A program made the position numbers and the translations under genes. The notes beneath the pieces are model-generated. The model made no database searches, was not told where the DNA came from, and was given only the letters and a program-made list of their open reading frames with translations. Below, one piece after another: positions 1-8,822 of a stretch of 59,020 bases of DNA (within the stretch, counting starts at the first letter, position 1; every line of letters starts with the position of its first letter). The stretch comes from a virus (taxonomy: Duplodnaviria; Caudoviricetes), in the IMG/VR virus record IMGVR_UViG_3300025168_000094, positions 1-59,020 of that record. One strand, given 5' to 3'.

Positions 1-255
1 AGAGCGTTTAGCAGCTTGGAGTTCGGACTCCCTTCTTTTCTGGAGTGCTTCAAGCTGTTCTATCTTAATTTTGTTTAATTCTTTGGCTTTCTCGTCACTA
101 TCACTCTTGGCTTCAATGATCTTTTTCTGCCTTTCGAGAACGTCGTTCATTCTTTCTTGCGCGGCAATTTCTTCAGCCAAACCATCAGTCGAAGAGGTAC
201 CACCCCCGGCAACTTGATTGATTGCATCCATTAATTGCTTGATAGTTATAGCCAT
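1..255 (-). CDS. Probable tape measure protein, N-terminus (runs off window edge)
   Basis: Not in the ORF track. ATG at 255 with upstream AAGGA; frame open to base 1 (MAITIKQLMDAINQVAGGG...EQLEALQKRRESELQAAKRS), helical and charged. Follows tail tube and chaperone genes. Confidence 0.55.
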   Translation of the reverse strand, partial: MAITIKQLMDAINQVAGGGTSSTDGLAEEIAAQERMNDVLERQKKIIEAKSDSDEKAKELNKIKIEQLEALQKRRESELQAAKRS

Positions 256-289
256 GCGTAAAAGTCCTTACTCTTTAATTAGTTTATAT

Positions 290-316
290 AAAAAAAGACA
301 GGGGTTTAACCCTGTC
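290..316 (-). terminator. Intrinsic terminator
   Basis: GACAGGG-TTAAAC-CCCTGTC stem followed by T7, overlapping the stop codon of the upstream ORF. Confidence 0.75.
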
Positions 317-548
317 CATATTTTTTAGCGTATGATGGTGGCGGTGTTGGATTGTTTGTAGACGTTAGAGTTTGCGAACTTTTATTGGAATTACTCGCAG
401 TATCCATTGCCTCTTTTTCCGCCTCAAGTTGCCTTATAAGCCTGTCAACAAACCATTTCCTGAGACCGATCGGAAGATTGTAGGCTTCCGAAAAAGACCA
501 ACCTCCTGAGTATTTTAAAAAGAAGAACTGTTCGTAAACGTTCTCCAT
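306..548 (-). CDS. T4 gp51-like tail/baseplate hub assembly chaperone (possibly expressed as a frameshift extension of the upstream gene)
   Basis: MENVYEQFFFLKYSGGWSFSEAYNLPIGLRKWFVDRL pattern and position after a gp26-like gene. The track's longer 692 start overlaps the upstream gene. Confidence 0.6.
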   Translation of the reverse strand: MENVYEQFFFLKYSGGWSFSEAYNLPIGLRKWFVDRLIRQLEAEKEAMDTASNSNKSSQTLTSTNNPTPPPSYAKKYGQG

Positions 549-552
549 GTAC

Positions 553-1413
553 TCAGGCGTCAGGCCAAAAAAAGTCCGCAGATAACGGAACCTCCATATC
601 TGACTCGTAGTCGCATTCTTTACAATCAAAGTGCTGGGACATATCAAGGTTGGGGTTCGTAAGTCTGTACGCTTCTCTAAGATGCCTTGCATCGATAGAA
701 GGAATGTTGTTTACAGTATAATCAATGGCCTCTGCAGTAGAGTTGCCGTTGACTGAAACTAGCATGTTTGTCAACTGTCTGGTAACAGTTCTTTCATACC
801 GATTCTTTGTCTTTCTATCGCTCTCAATACCATCCATAAGGTATTTTTCATCACTTCCGGTTAATAGCCTGAATGTGACTTCAAGTTGTGTTCTCGGCAG
901 TGTTGTGCTGAAGGTGCCGTCCTCGTTCAGAGTGACTTCTAAAGAATTCAGAGAGGTTTCGGTATGACCTATCTCGTTTAAGTCGAAGGTGTGCTCTTGA
1001 ACCGTAGTACAACTGGGACAAGTAACCTTGGTGTTATAGTCGCTTCCATATGCAGCAATTCGAGTAGCTACAATGATAGCGTTTCTATCACCAACTAAGA
1101 TAGACGATGGATTAACGCGCTTATCAACGATTAAGCTGTCAATCACTCTTTCTAAGGCAACACCTTTCTTAAGCAAACTGCGTGAGGTAAGCATATCTTC
1201 CTCTTTGGCAGTCATCTGTTTAATCTCTATGGTATCACAACCGTAGAGGGGGTGGTTCTGGGGGTAATATTTACCACCAGAAGGCAATGCAACAAATTCT
1301 GTAGGGATTACAAAGGAGAAATCCCCTGTTCCCACTTGTTGTGAAGTTAAATTTGGAGACCCGTTATCTTGTTGCATGGGCGGGCCCCCAATACGATCAC
1401 TGTTTCTAGACAA
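553..1413 (-). CDS. T4 gp26-like baseplate hub / tail assembly chaperone
   Basis: LPSGGKYY, IKQMTAKEEDML, two CxxC pairs (CPSC, CKEC), C-terminal FFWP; directly downstream of the tail tube gene. Confidence 0.7.
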   Translation of the reverse strand: MSRNSDRIGGPPMQQDNGSPNLTSQQVGTGDFSFVIPTEFVALPSGGKYYPQNHPLYGCDTIEIKQMTAKEEDMLTSRSLLKKGVALERVIDSLIVDKRVNPSSILVGDRNAIIVATRIAAYGSDYNTKVTCPSCTTVQEHTFDLNEIGHTETSLNSLEVTLNEDGTFSTTLPRTQLEVTFRLLTGSDEKYLMDGIESDRKTKNRYERTVTRQLTNMLVSVNGNSTAEAIDYTVNNIPSIDARHLREAYRLTNPNLDMSQHFDCKECDYESDMEVPLSADFFWPDA

Positions 1414-1448
1414 TATACACCTCTTTTTTCTAGATATGTCTTATTATA

Positions 1449-2039
1449 TCACGACTGGAAGAAAGTTGTACCCTCGGAACCAGCAGTAGCTCTAGAAACT
1501 CCGTCAAGAGTCTCCACGCGAGCCCAATCATAGCGTAATTCGAGTGTCATTTCTACCAAGTCATCAGTTCCATATGCCAAATCGCCATACTTCACAGATG
1601 TGATGAAACCATTCCAAAGAGTCCACTTTTCAATCTCAGCACCGTCGCCATCAATTTGAGAGATGTAAACAGTACCAAGAGCACCAGCAGCCTTAGACTT
1701 CGACATGGTGCCGAGAGAGTTAGGGTTGGATGGTGGGTTGTAGCCGGATAAGTTAATGATATCAGAAAGAGTTGCAGTCATATCTGGATCGCGGGGATCA
1801 ACCAAAGTTAAGGAAATGGCATCCCAGCTAACGGCTCCTGGGTAGTAGAACTTGTGGTTCAAGTATTGGTGTTCGGCAGTCTCGATAGTGAAGGAAGGCT
1901 TGTTAACAGTCTTTGCGTACCAAAGAAGGGAACCTCCTTGGGGCGCACTGATTCCAGTGAACTCTACCTTAAATCGAAATTGTCTTTTTGGATCTTTGAG
2001 GGCATTTCCCTCACCGAAATTGTCTGACCAGAATGGCAT
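1449..2039 (-). CDS. Tail tube protein (T4 gp19-like)
   Basis: PKRQFRF, KTVNKPS, YYPG..WDAISLTLVDP, WTLWNGFITSVKYGDLAY, LRYDWA; follows the sheath gene. Confidence 0.85.
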   Translation of the reverse strand: MPFWSDNFGEGNALKDPKRQFRFKVEFTGISAPQGGSLLWYAKTVNKPSFTIETAEHQYLNHKFYYPGAVSWDAISLTLVDPRDPDMTATLSDIINLSGYNPPSNPNSLGTMSKSKAAGALGTVYISQIDGDGAEIEKWTLWNGFITSVKYGDLAYGTDDLVEMTLELRYDWARVETLDGVSRATAGSEGTTFFQS

Positions 2040-2085
2040 CTTTTAGAACTCCTTGTTATATTTTTAAATAGTGTGTTAGTTTGTT

Positions 2086-5079
2086 TTAGTCATCAAATGA
2101 TGCGCCAGTAGATGCGATTACGAAGTCAATTGCAATGAATTCGATTGATCTAGCAGGCTTAACCATAATCTTGGCGTAAAGAATGTTCTGATCGACAAGA
2201 TCTGGCGTTGTTGTACTCTCGTCAAGAATCAATCGGTAATCAGCGATACCGAAGTTGCTCTTAACGTTAGCGAGGAAGGGCTCAACAAGTCCCTTGAAGC
2301 GGTTCCAGGTTGTTTGAACGTTTTGTTCGAACAAGATGCTGGAAGAGATAATCGAGATTTGCTTCTTAAGGTAGATAACCAATCTGCGTACGTTGATTCG
2401 ATCAAGTGCGGAGGTGGATTCCTGAAGAGTCTTCTGACCGAAGACCACGATCCCAGTACTTGGGAAGGAAGCAATTGGGTTAATACCCGCATCGTAAAGT
2501 GTATCTCTTTCCTTAGATGTAAGTTTCTCGGTCACGTTTGTGACTGGGATACCAGCAGCACCGTCAGAGAGACCACCGCGGTTGAAACCAGCAGGTGCGA
2601 ACCAGAGTTGAGACTTACGCTCAGAAGAGGCAAGAACACCCATCATGGCGACTGTAGGTGGAACCCAAACCAACTGGCTTGTGTTATCATCGCGAGTCTG
2701 GACCCATGGGTAGAAGGTGGCGCCGTAAGAGGAGTCAATCTTTCTATCGCTAAGGGCAGTAGCTGCAGCTTGTGGGGTGGTTGCAACACGGCTTGATTTG
2801 TCAGAGTAGTAAATCTCGTGTGAGGGGAGGTACACATCTGGCAGGTCAATAAGGGCCATTGCATCAGCGCGGCTTTCACAAACATCAATCATGTGTTCTG
2901 TGAGAGTGTCTTGAGTCACACCGGGAGCAGCTAAGAGGTTCATGTCGACTTGTTCTGGATCTGCAACCGAATCGATTGCTCTCTTCAGAGAGTAGAAGAT
3001 CGAGTTGTTTTCGTTGTTCGAAGAAGCGGACATACCCTTGTTGTATAACGGATCGGGAAGCTTGATATCGAATCCATCGAATCCACCCCAGAAAGGAGCG
3101 GTGAAACTGTCGTAACCCAAGTCGAGAAGTGTCTTGTATGTTCCGCCTGCAGTCACAGAGGATTCGTCATTTCTTGAACCAGAGCGATAGAACACTACAG
3201 CAGATGTTGTGCTTGGGCGAACAACATCATCAAGAGTCATAACATATCCAAACCCGTCAATACCTGACGAAGCCGAGACAGTTGGATCGTAGTTGTCACC
3301 AACACCATTCTCAAGAAGACGGTTAACCATCTTTGTACTCAGATCGAATCTGTTTGTAGCAGCAGTTCTAGTGGTAGAAATACCGAAGGATGCTTTTGTG
3401 ACATCAGACAGACCACCATCAGAGGAGGACAGTCTCAAACGAATGTCTGGGTATCTTAATGCAATTTGGCGGTTACCACCACCGGTGTCTAAAGTGAAAG
3501 TACTTGCAGAAAGTGCCTGGGAGTATCTTCCGTCCATACCAGCGTTGGTAAGTACAAGATATTTACCAGCCACTGTGCCGTCAGTTGTAGAGGCACCATC
3601 AGCATTAACATTAATCGCTGGAACGTCGCTTAATTTGGGAGGTCCGTAGTAACCGAATGGAAGAAGAAGGGCGTCAGTGGCGCCGGCTTCAACATCGGAG
3701 TTCATTTCAACGTAAACAAACTTAGAGTTGTTGGGGTACTCACCATATTCTTTGATTCTTCTTTCAGTAGCACTGAACTTCTTAAATTTGTCACCAATCT
3801 TGCGAGCAAGGAAGTTGGGCGACGAAGGATCAAGAGTACAGTTGTCAAATCTTTCAATTACTTGAATAGCGTTGTCAGAATCGGACATTGCTCTGATAAC
3901 TACAGAGAACGTACCATAGTCAGTTACACTGTTGTTAGACTGACGGATGGAAGTAATCATAACCTTGGCGTTCTTGTTTAACCACTCGCCATGGCCGCGG
4001 CCGCGGAGACGGAACAGTTTTTGCGCCTTATCTTGAGGATGGAAGTCAGTCGCTTCACCTAAGTCTTGACCGACAAACCAGCCGGCGGTTGCTTCTCGGG
4101 ACGCGGTGCCCTTGAGGTTAGCTAAAGTGCTTGAAGTCGAGCCGCTGTTCGCGATGACGCCAATGAAACCAAGCATTTTTTGACTGAAGTTGTTAGAAAC
4201 TGTGTCGCGGGTTTCTTGGTCGTATGTTTCACCAAGCCAGTAACTGTTAATGGAAGACGATGGGTAAAACTCATTAACACCTGTAGTAAGTTGTGGGTTT
4301 GTACTCAGAACCTTACGGATGTAGTTTTGGGAGTTGTCATTAAGACTAACATTGAAACTACCGGTTGCAGCTTTAGAACCAATGACAAGTTTGAAGTTAC
4401 CGTTGGCATCGGACTCAACCAAAGTACCAGCGGCATGTGTAGCGGTGGTGGGGTTGGTTGGAACTGCAGTCGCACCAACGCTACCGGATGTTGCGTAGGC
4501 GCCTTGCAATTTAACAGAACCGCTGTCGCAGTAAATGATTGCTGCCAACGATGCCGTTGGTGGTGTACGACCATCGCCTGTACCACCTTCATCGACCGGA
4601 CTACCGTCTGTCTTGTAAGTGGCCTCGGTAAGAATGTTTACCATAGAAGACGAGGGGATGATGAAAAGACCGTATGCTCCACCTTCAAGAGTTTGAGACA
4701 AGCTTTGGTCGGTCTTCCAACCTGCTTTGGCAGCATCTGTGCCATTATTGTTTGTATCTTGGTGTCCTAATACTCGGACATAGGTTAATGGGGCAACATT
4801 AGAGCGTAAGAACGCCTTAGCTGCGTAGATACCATACATCGGGGATTGGTAGTTACCATCGCGGTATACATCACCGCTGCCGCCGCCGGCTACTGTGTCA
4901 CCGAAGTTCTGCACGAATTCAGAGTAGGAGCTGACTTTGACTGGCTCCATGGCGATGCCTCGCTGGGCGCGTCCGACCACTACTGGGCCAATAGCATCTG
5001 CTGATTTTGGTACGAAGGAGTTATCAATTTCATTGATGAAGACTCCTGGTGAAACAAATTTAAAATTCTTAACTGACAT
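2086..5079 (-). CDS. Contractile tail sheath protein (T4 gp18-like)
   Basis: FVSPGVFINEID N-terminus; WFAPAGFNRG, INPIASFP, VFGQKT, LDRINVRRL, FEQN, IEFIAIDF. Confidence 0.95.
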   Translation of the reverse strand: MSVKNFKFVSPGVFINEIDNSFVPKSADAIGPVVVGRAQRGIAMEPVKVSSYSEFVQNFGDTVAGGGSGDVYRDGNYQSPMYGIYAAKAFLRSNVAPLTYVRVLGHQDTNNNGTDAAKAGWKTDQSLSQTLEGGAYGLFIIPSSSMVNILTEATYKTDGSPVDEGGTGDGRTPPTASLAAIIYCDSGSVKLQGAYATSGSVGATAVPTNPTTATHAAGTLVESDANGNFKLVIGSKAATGSFNVSLNDNSQNYIRKVLSTNPQLTTGVNEFYPSSSINSYWLGETYDQETRDTVSNNFSQKMLGFIGVIANSGSTSSTLANLKGTASREATAGWFVGQDLGEATDFHPQDKAQKLFRLRGRGHGEWLNKNAKVMITSIRQSNNSVTDYGTFSVVIRAMSDSDNAIQVIERFDNCTLDPSSPNFLARKIGDKFKKFSATERRIKEYGEYPNNSKFVYVEMNSDVEAGATDALLLPFGYYGPPKLSDVPAINVNADGASTTDGTVAGKYLVLTNAGMDGRYSQALSASTFTLDTGGGNRQIALRYPDIRLRLSSSDGGLSDVTKASFGISTTRTAATNRFDLSTKMVNRLLENGVGDNYDPTVSASSGIDGFGYVMTLDDVVRPSTTSAVVFYRSGSRNDESSVTAGGTYKTLLDLGYDSFTAPFWGGFDGFDIKLPDPLYNKGMSASSNNENNSIFYSLKRAIDSVADPEQVDMNLLAAPGVTQDTLTEHMIDVCESRADAMALIDLPDVYLPSHEIYYSDKSSRVATTPQAAATALSDRKIDSSYGATFYPWVQTRDDNTSQLVWVPPTVAMMGVLASSERKSQLWFAPAGFNRGGLSDGAAGIPVTNVTEKLTSKERDTLYDAGINPIASFPSTGIVVFGQKTLQESTSALDRINVRRLVIYLKKQISIISSSILFEQNVQTTWNRFKGLVEPFLANVKSNFGIADYRLILDESTTTPDLVDQNILYAKIMVKPARSIEFIAIDFVIASTGASFDD

Positions 5080-5196
5080 TGTTGTACTTCCTTTTAGGTA
5101 TAAATTTGTCTTAAAGACTTGTTTATCATTATTTAAATAGTATTTCTATCCTCAAAAGGATGAAGAGAAATGATAAAATGCGGTTGAGTTCCTGAT

Positions 5197-6072
5197 TTAA
5201 TCGTCAAAAAAGGAAGGGTTACCAGGAACTGCGGCTTGTTCCCTAGGATAAGTCACAACTACAAAGTTTTCATCCATCCTCACAAGTTGACGATCGTCAT
5301 TTTCGCCTTCGCCGATTAAGTAGCCTAAAACACGTATTGTGATGTCGGTAGAATACATTCTGTTGTCTTCATTCAACTCAGCGGCATTGTTGTTGTGTGT
5401 GAAGTCCTGTTCTATAAAGGCTTCGTATATATGGCCGTTTCGTCTCATCAGGAAGGAGTTGATTTGGCCCGTTCTAGTCATAAACGGTTGCATCAGGGAG
5501 TTCATTTGCTGTTGGTACTCGGTTTTGATTGAGATCTTGTAATCCAAGTTTACATATACGGGTATTGGTATGGATAAAGTCTGAATAACAACCTGATGAT
5601 TTATCCTTGGATAGTGTTTTTGAAGTACTTCCGTAGTGAAGGAACGTGTGCCGGTGGCAACAGCAAAATTTCTTGTCTTATCTTGCTTGACTCTCTTCGC
5701 TATAACAAGGCGACCGGTACGGCCGTCTTTCTTATCTGAGAATACTTGTGCTTGAAAGCCACCCTTTCGTGAGGGGTCTTTCACAATCCCAGTCCTTTCA
5801 ACGCTGATAGTAGGTAAGATTATGGCGCCATCAGCGTCTCTTAACGACTGATCTTCTTTAACTTGGAATGATCTTTCTGGTGTTTGCCAGAATATAGGCA
5901 CCCGAGTAAAGCCTGCATTTGTTTTGGCACTAAGATTCAAATCTTCTTTTAGCCAAGACATGATAGAGTAGTCAATTGACTCAATAGTAGAAGATAGCAT
6001 ACCCACTTCCTGAAGTGAAAAGTTATTCTGAGTGGGTGGTAACTGTGCGAAGTCAAAATCATCAGGTAGCAT
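5197..6072 (-). CDS. Tail terminator / completion protein (T4 gp15-like)
   Basis: VPIF..TPER, LPTISVERT, IPIPVYVNLDY, QQMN; lies between neck and sheath genes. Start refined to ATG 6072 (GAGGA RBS). Confidence 0.6.
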   Translation of the reverse strand: MLPDDFDFAQLPPTQNNFSLQEVGMLSSTIESIDYSIMSWLKEDLNLSAKTNAGFTRVPIFWQTPERSFQVKEDQSLRDADGAIILPTISVERTGIVKDPSRKGGFQAQVFSDKKDGRTGRLVIAKRVKQDKTRNFAVATGTRSFTTEVLQKHYPRINHQVVIQTLSIPIPVYVNLDYKISIKTEYQQQMNSLMQPFMTRTGQINSFLMRRNGHIYEAFIEQDFTHNNNAAELNEDNRMYSTDITIRVLGYLIGEGENDDRQLVRMDENFVVVTYPREQAAVPGNPSFFDD

Positions 6073-6550
6073 CGAATTGTCCTCTTCTTGCGCGCTTACA
6101 TGTCGCATTAATCTCAAAAGTTTCGTCGACTTGGCCGAAAAGTTTGCGTGGCTTAGATAATTTAACTATCTCGTAATAAACTTTACCATACAAAATAAAA
6201 TCACCTTGCCTTACAAACACATCTTGATCTTCTGTTAGCCTTCTCTTATGAAAATAGACGTTGATAATGGAGTCCGAGTCAGTTCCAACACCTGAAAGGT
6301 ATGAAGTAGTCTCTTCCTCAACGTTAACAAGCGCATAAACACGGATGGGGGGTAAATAAGTCTTCTCTACGGCCTCTCCATACATGTCATGGAAGTCAGT
6401 TCTCTCCATATCAATAGGATAGTAAAGGATTTGTTGGCCTATTACCTTCTCAATAAGCTCATCATTGATTTGCTTAACTAAGTCTCTTTCTTTTTTACCT
6501 AAAAACAGCGGTGGTGGTGGTGTTTCCGGTCTTTCCCATTCGTCTGACAT
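6062..6550 (-). CDS. Neck / head-closure protein (T4 gp14-like)
   Basis: ELIEKVIGQQILYY, MYGEA, GDFI...YYEI pattern; position in the neck module. Confidence 0.65.
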   Translation of the reverse strand: MSDEWERPETPPPPLFLGKKERDLVKQINDELIEKVIGQQILYYPIDMERTDFHDMYGEAVEKTYLPPIRVYALVNVEEETTSYLSGVGTDSDSIINVYFHKRRLTEDQDVFVRQGDFILYGKVYYEIVKLSKPRKLFGQVDETFEINATCKRARRGQFDAT

Positions 6551-6555
6551 TTAAA

Positions 6556-7830
6556 TCACCCCACAAAAATTGGTAACGGAGAGTTCTTGAATATATTCTG
6601 AGTAGCATCGGCTGTTTCCGAATCGTACTTGACAAGCTCTTTGTATTCGACTTCCTTCAACATCTCCATTAACTTATCTTTTAATTGTTGTTGTTCGTCT
6701 TTAGCTTGTGATAACAGTTCACTATGATTAAGTGTAACACTCTCGCCAGGAATCGGCAATGTTGTGAACTTACCGCGGATTTGACCCAACATCTCCTTGC
6801 AGAGTGCCAAGCCATACTTGCGGATCCACTGTTTGCCAATTGCGTTGATGTTTTCGTAGGGTATGTTATCGAATGGTAGAGTATTGATGTTGTTTACACC
6901 GTCTACACCGTCATCATATCCCTCATTAGAGGTGAAAACGTCCTGATCGTCAACATAAAACCTAAACCACATTCTGTCGATGGTATTGAATCCATATTCA
7001 CCGGGATAAGGGTAAAGTCTCAACTTATTATCGATAATCTCATATGAATAATGTGAAGATCTGGTATACAGCGAATCTTCGTACATTATAGCTTGTAATT
7101 TGTTTTGCCATGTTGGAATAATCTCAAATGTAGAGTCATCGGCAAACTGTCCGTATGTCGAAGAGTTGCCAACCACATTAATGCCACCATAATATCCAAA
7201 GAATCTCCACATTGCGCGCGGAGTCTTGTAAAAAACCTTATTTACTATGATTCTCTTGTTACCAACCTTGCCGCTAAACGGTACTGCATTTCCAAATTCA
7301 TCTTCGCCTGAAGCGCTGGCGGCTTCAATGATACTTTGAAGATCGTAATCTTGTTTTCCGTCAATAGCTTTAAACGACGCAGAGTATTGTGGTTGTGTAC
7401 CCCCATAACCGCCCATAGAAGCCATTGTGTCGCCGATTCGCTTGGCTTGCTGGACCTGGACTCTAGGAAACTTAAGATTGGCGTTAGCGGTGCCTCCAGT
7501 CATGTCTCCATGATGGTCGAATGTACCTGTAACGTTACCAAGTGCGTTGGAAAGAACGTTTTTACCCTGATGTAGATTAACAATGTAAGAATATTCTAAT
7601 ACTGCTTCTTCATAGGCTGCATAAACGTTTGATGGAGTAAGTTCGATGTCTACAACATCGCCACCCAGTTTCTTATATGTATATGCTACTTGTTCCGAGG
7701 CACCACTGAGGAAGGCCGCGGATGCGGTATACATCCCAAAAGGCACTGCTGAAGCGACTTCTGTTGTTGAGCCGGTAGATGTCAGAATGATTGCGCTTGT
7801 TTGAGATTGTGGGGATAAATTTGTTGGCAT
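6556..7830 (-). CDS. Neck / head-tail adaptor protein (T4 gp13-like)
   Basis: KLGGDVVDIELT, WIRKYGLALCKEMLGQIRGKF, PGESVTLN, PIFVG C-terminus. Confidence 0.8.
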   Translation of the reverse strand: MPTNLSPQSQTSAIILTSTGSTTEVASAVPFGMYTASAAFLSGASEQVAYTYKKLGGDVVDIELTPSNVYAAYEEAVLEYSYIVNLHQGKNVLSNALGNVTGTFDHHGDMTGGTANANLKFPRVQVQQAKRIGDTMASMGGYGGTQPQYSASFKAIDGKQDYDLQSIIEAASASGEDEFGNAVPFSGKVGNKRIIVNKVFYKTPRAMWRFFGYYGGINVVGNSSTYGQFADDSTFEIIPTWQNKLQAIMYEDSLYTRSSHYSYEIIDNKLRLYPYPGEYGFNTIDRMWFRFYVDDQDVFTSNEGYDDGVDGVNNINTLPFDNIPYENINAIGKQWIRKYGLALCKEMLGQIRGKFTTLPIPGESVTLNHSELLSQAKDEQQQLKDKLMEMLKEVEYKELVKYDSETADATQNIFKNSPLPIFVG

Positions 7831-7907
7831 TTGTAAAGTTCCTTAAATTAAATAGTAAACAGGCGATCAATGACCTCTTTAAAAATTCGGTATGACTAAA
7901 CTAAATG

Positions 7908-7940
7908 AAAAAAACCCCCGATCCTTGAAGGAAAGGGGGT
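7908..7940 (-). terminator. Intrinsic terminator
   Basis: ACCCCC..TCCT-TCA-AGGA..GGGGGT stem followed by a T-run, downstream of the 7968 stop. Confidence 0.65.
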
Positions 7941-7967
7941 AATTTTATTACTATGTTAGGTTGTCAA

Positions 7968-8537
7968 TCAAGTCAAGCGGTAGATAGTAACGGCTGCAGC
8001 GCCAGTTCTACGAAGTCTCAGCATCGAGGAACCAGAGGTATCTTCACCAGCAACATGGGGGTCGAAAGTCATGGCGCCAACAAGTGTGACACCAGTACCA
8101 CCGGTAACCGTGAGGATGTGGTCTGTAGTGGTCGACAAGTTGATGATGCTGAAATCAACCGAATCACCGTTCGAGGTCAAGCTCAAAGCAGAAACCAAGT
8201 TTGCGGCTGTATCGGTCGCCTTCGAGCGGGCATCGCCGGGAGTCATCTTCAAGATTTGTGTCTTGATGAATGCACCAGTGATGATAGCAGTGCTGTCGGC
8301 AAGCGTTGTTTCGGTTGCTTGGTGACGAATGACAGGGTGAGCTTCTCTAAAAGCTACCACTCCTGCAGTCACAGTGAGGCCGCCGGCGGTAATCGTGTGA
8401 CCGCCAGAAGTTACTGTAACCCCTTCGTCGGCGATCAAAGAGTTAACTGTGACATCCGAACCTTCCAAATCGATTGAACGATCCATCTCTTCCATTAATT
8501 TTTCGAGTCTTCCAAGACCCATTCTTCTATTACCCAT
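7968..8537 (-). CDS. Hypothetical virion protein (possible capsid decoration)
   Basis: 189 aa, Thr/Gly/Ala-rich beta-like sequence; AGGAG RBS; next gene after the major capsid; has its own promoter and terminator. Confidence 0.6.
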   Translation of the reverse strand: MGNRRMGLGRLEKLMEEMDRSIDLEGSDVTVNSLIADEGVTVTSGGHTITAGGLTVTAGVVAFREAHPVIRHQATETTLADSTAIITGAFIKTQILKMTPGDARSKATDTAANLVSALSLTSNGDSVDFSIINLSTTTDHILTVTGGTGVTLVGAMTFDPHVAGEDTSGSSMLRLRRTGAAAVTIYRLT

Positions 8538-8595
8538 AATATATTTCTCCTTTTATAAATTATGTTATTGCAATAACCCGTCTCATTCAATGATT

Positions 8596-8650
8596 GTACT
8601 CCAGCCACTTCGGAGTACTATCTTTCTAGGGCAGTGGCCTCGCCCAAGGA
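8596..8650 (-). ncRNA. Candidate structured 5' leader RNA with two hairpins and complementary loops
   Basis: Minus strand: GGGCG-AGGCCAC-TGCCC and GTACTCC-GAAGTGGCT-GGAGTAC; loop segments GGCCACU and AGUGGCU can pair. Confidence 0.45.
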
Positions 8651-8677
8651 GAATAAAGTCAAGTTATAATAAATAGT

Positions 8678-8706
8678 ATAATAACATGCAAAGACGAAAA
8701 TGTCAA
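8678..8706 (-). promoter_or_regulatory. Sigma70-type promoter
   Basis: TTGACA, 17-nt spacer, TATTAT with extended TG; points toward the 7968..8537 gene. Confidence 0.6.
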
Positions 8707-8764
8707 AATTTTAGGGGCAAAAAAATTTGAGAAATTGACATTTTTACATTTCACTCTCAAAAAC

Positions 8765-8794
8765 AAAAACCCCCGCCAAATGACGGGGGTTTTG
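8765..8794 (-). terminator. Intrinsic terminator after the major capsid gene
   Basis: AAAACCCCCG...CGGGGGTTTT inverted repeat flanked by T-runs. Confidence 0.8.
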
Positions 8795-8822
8795 TATTTA
8801 GTCAGCTTGACTGATTTTTAAA

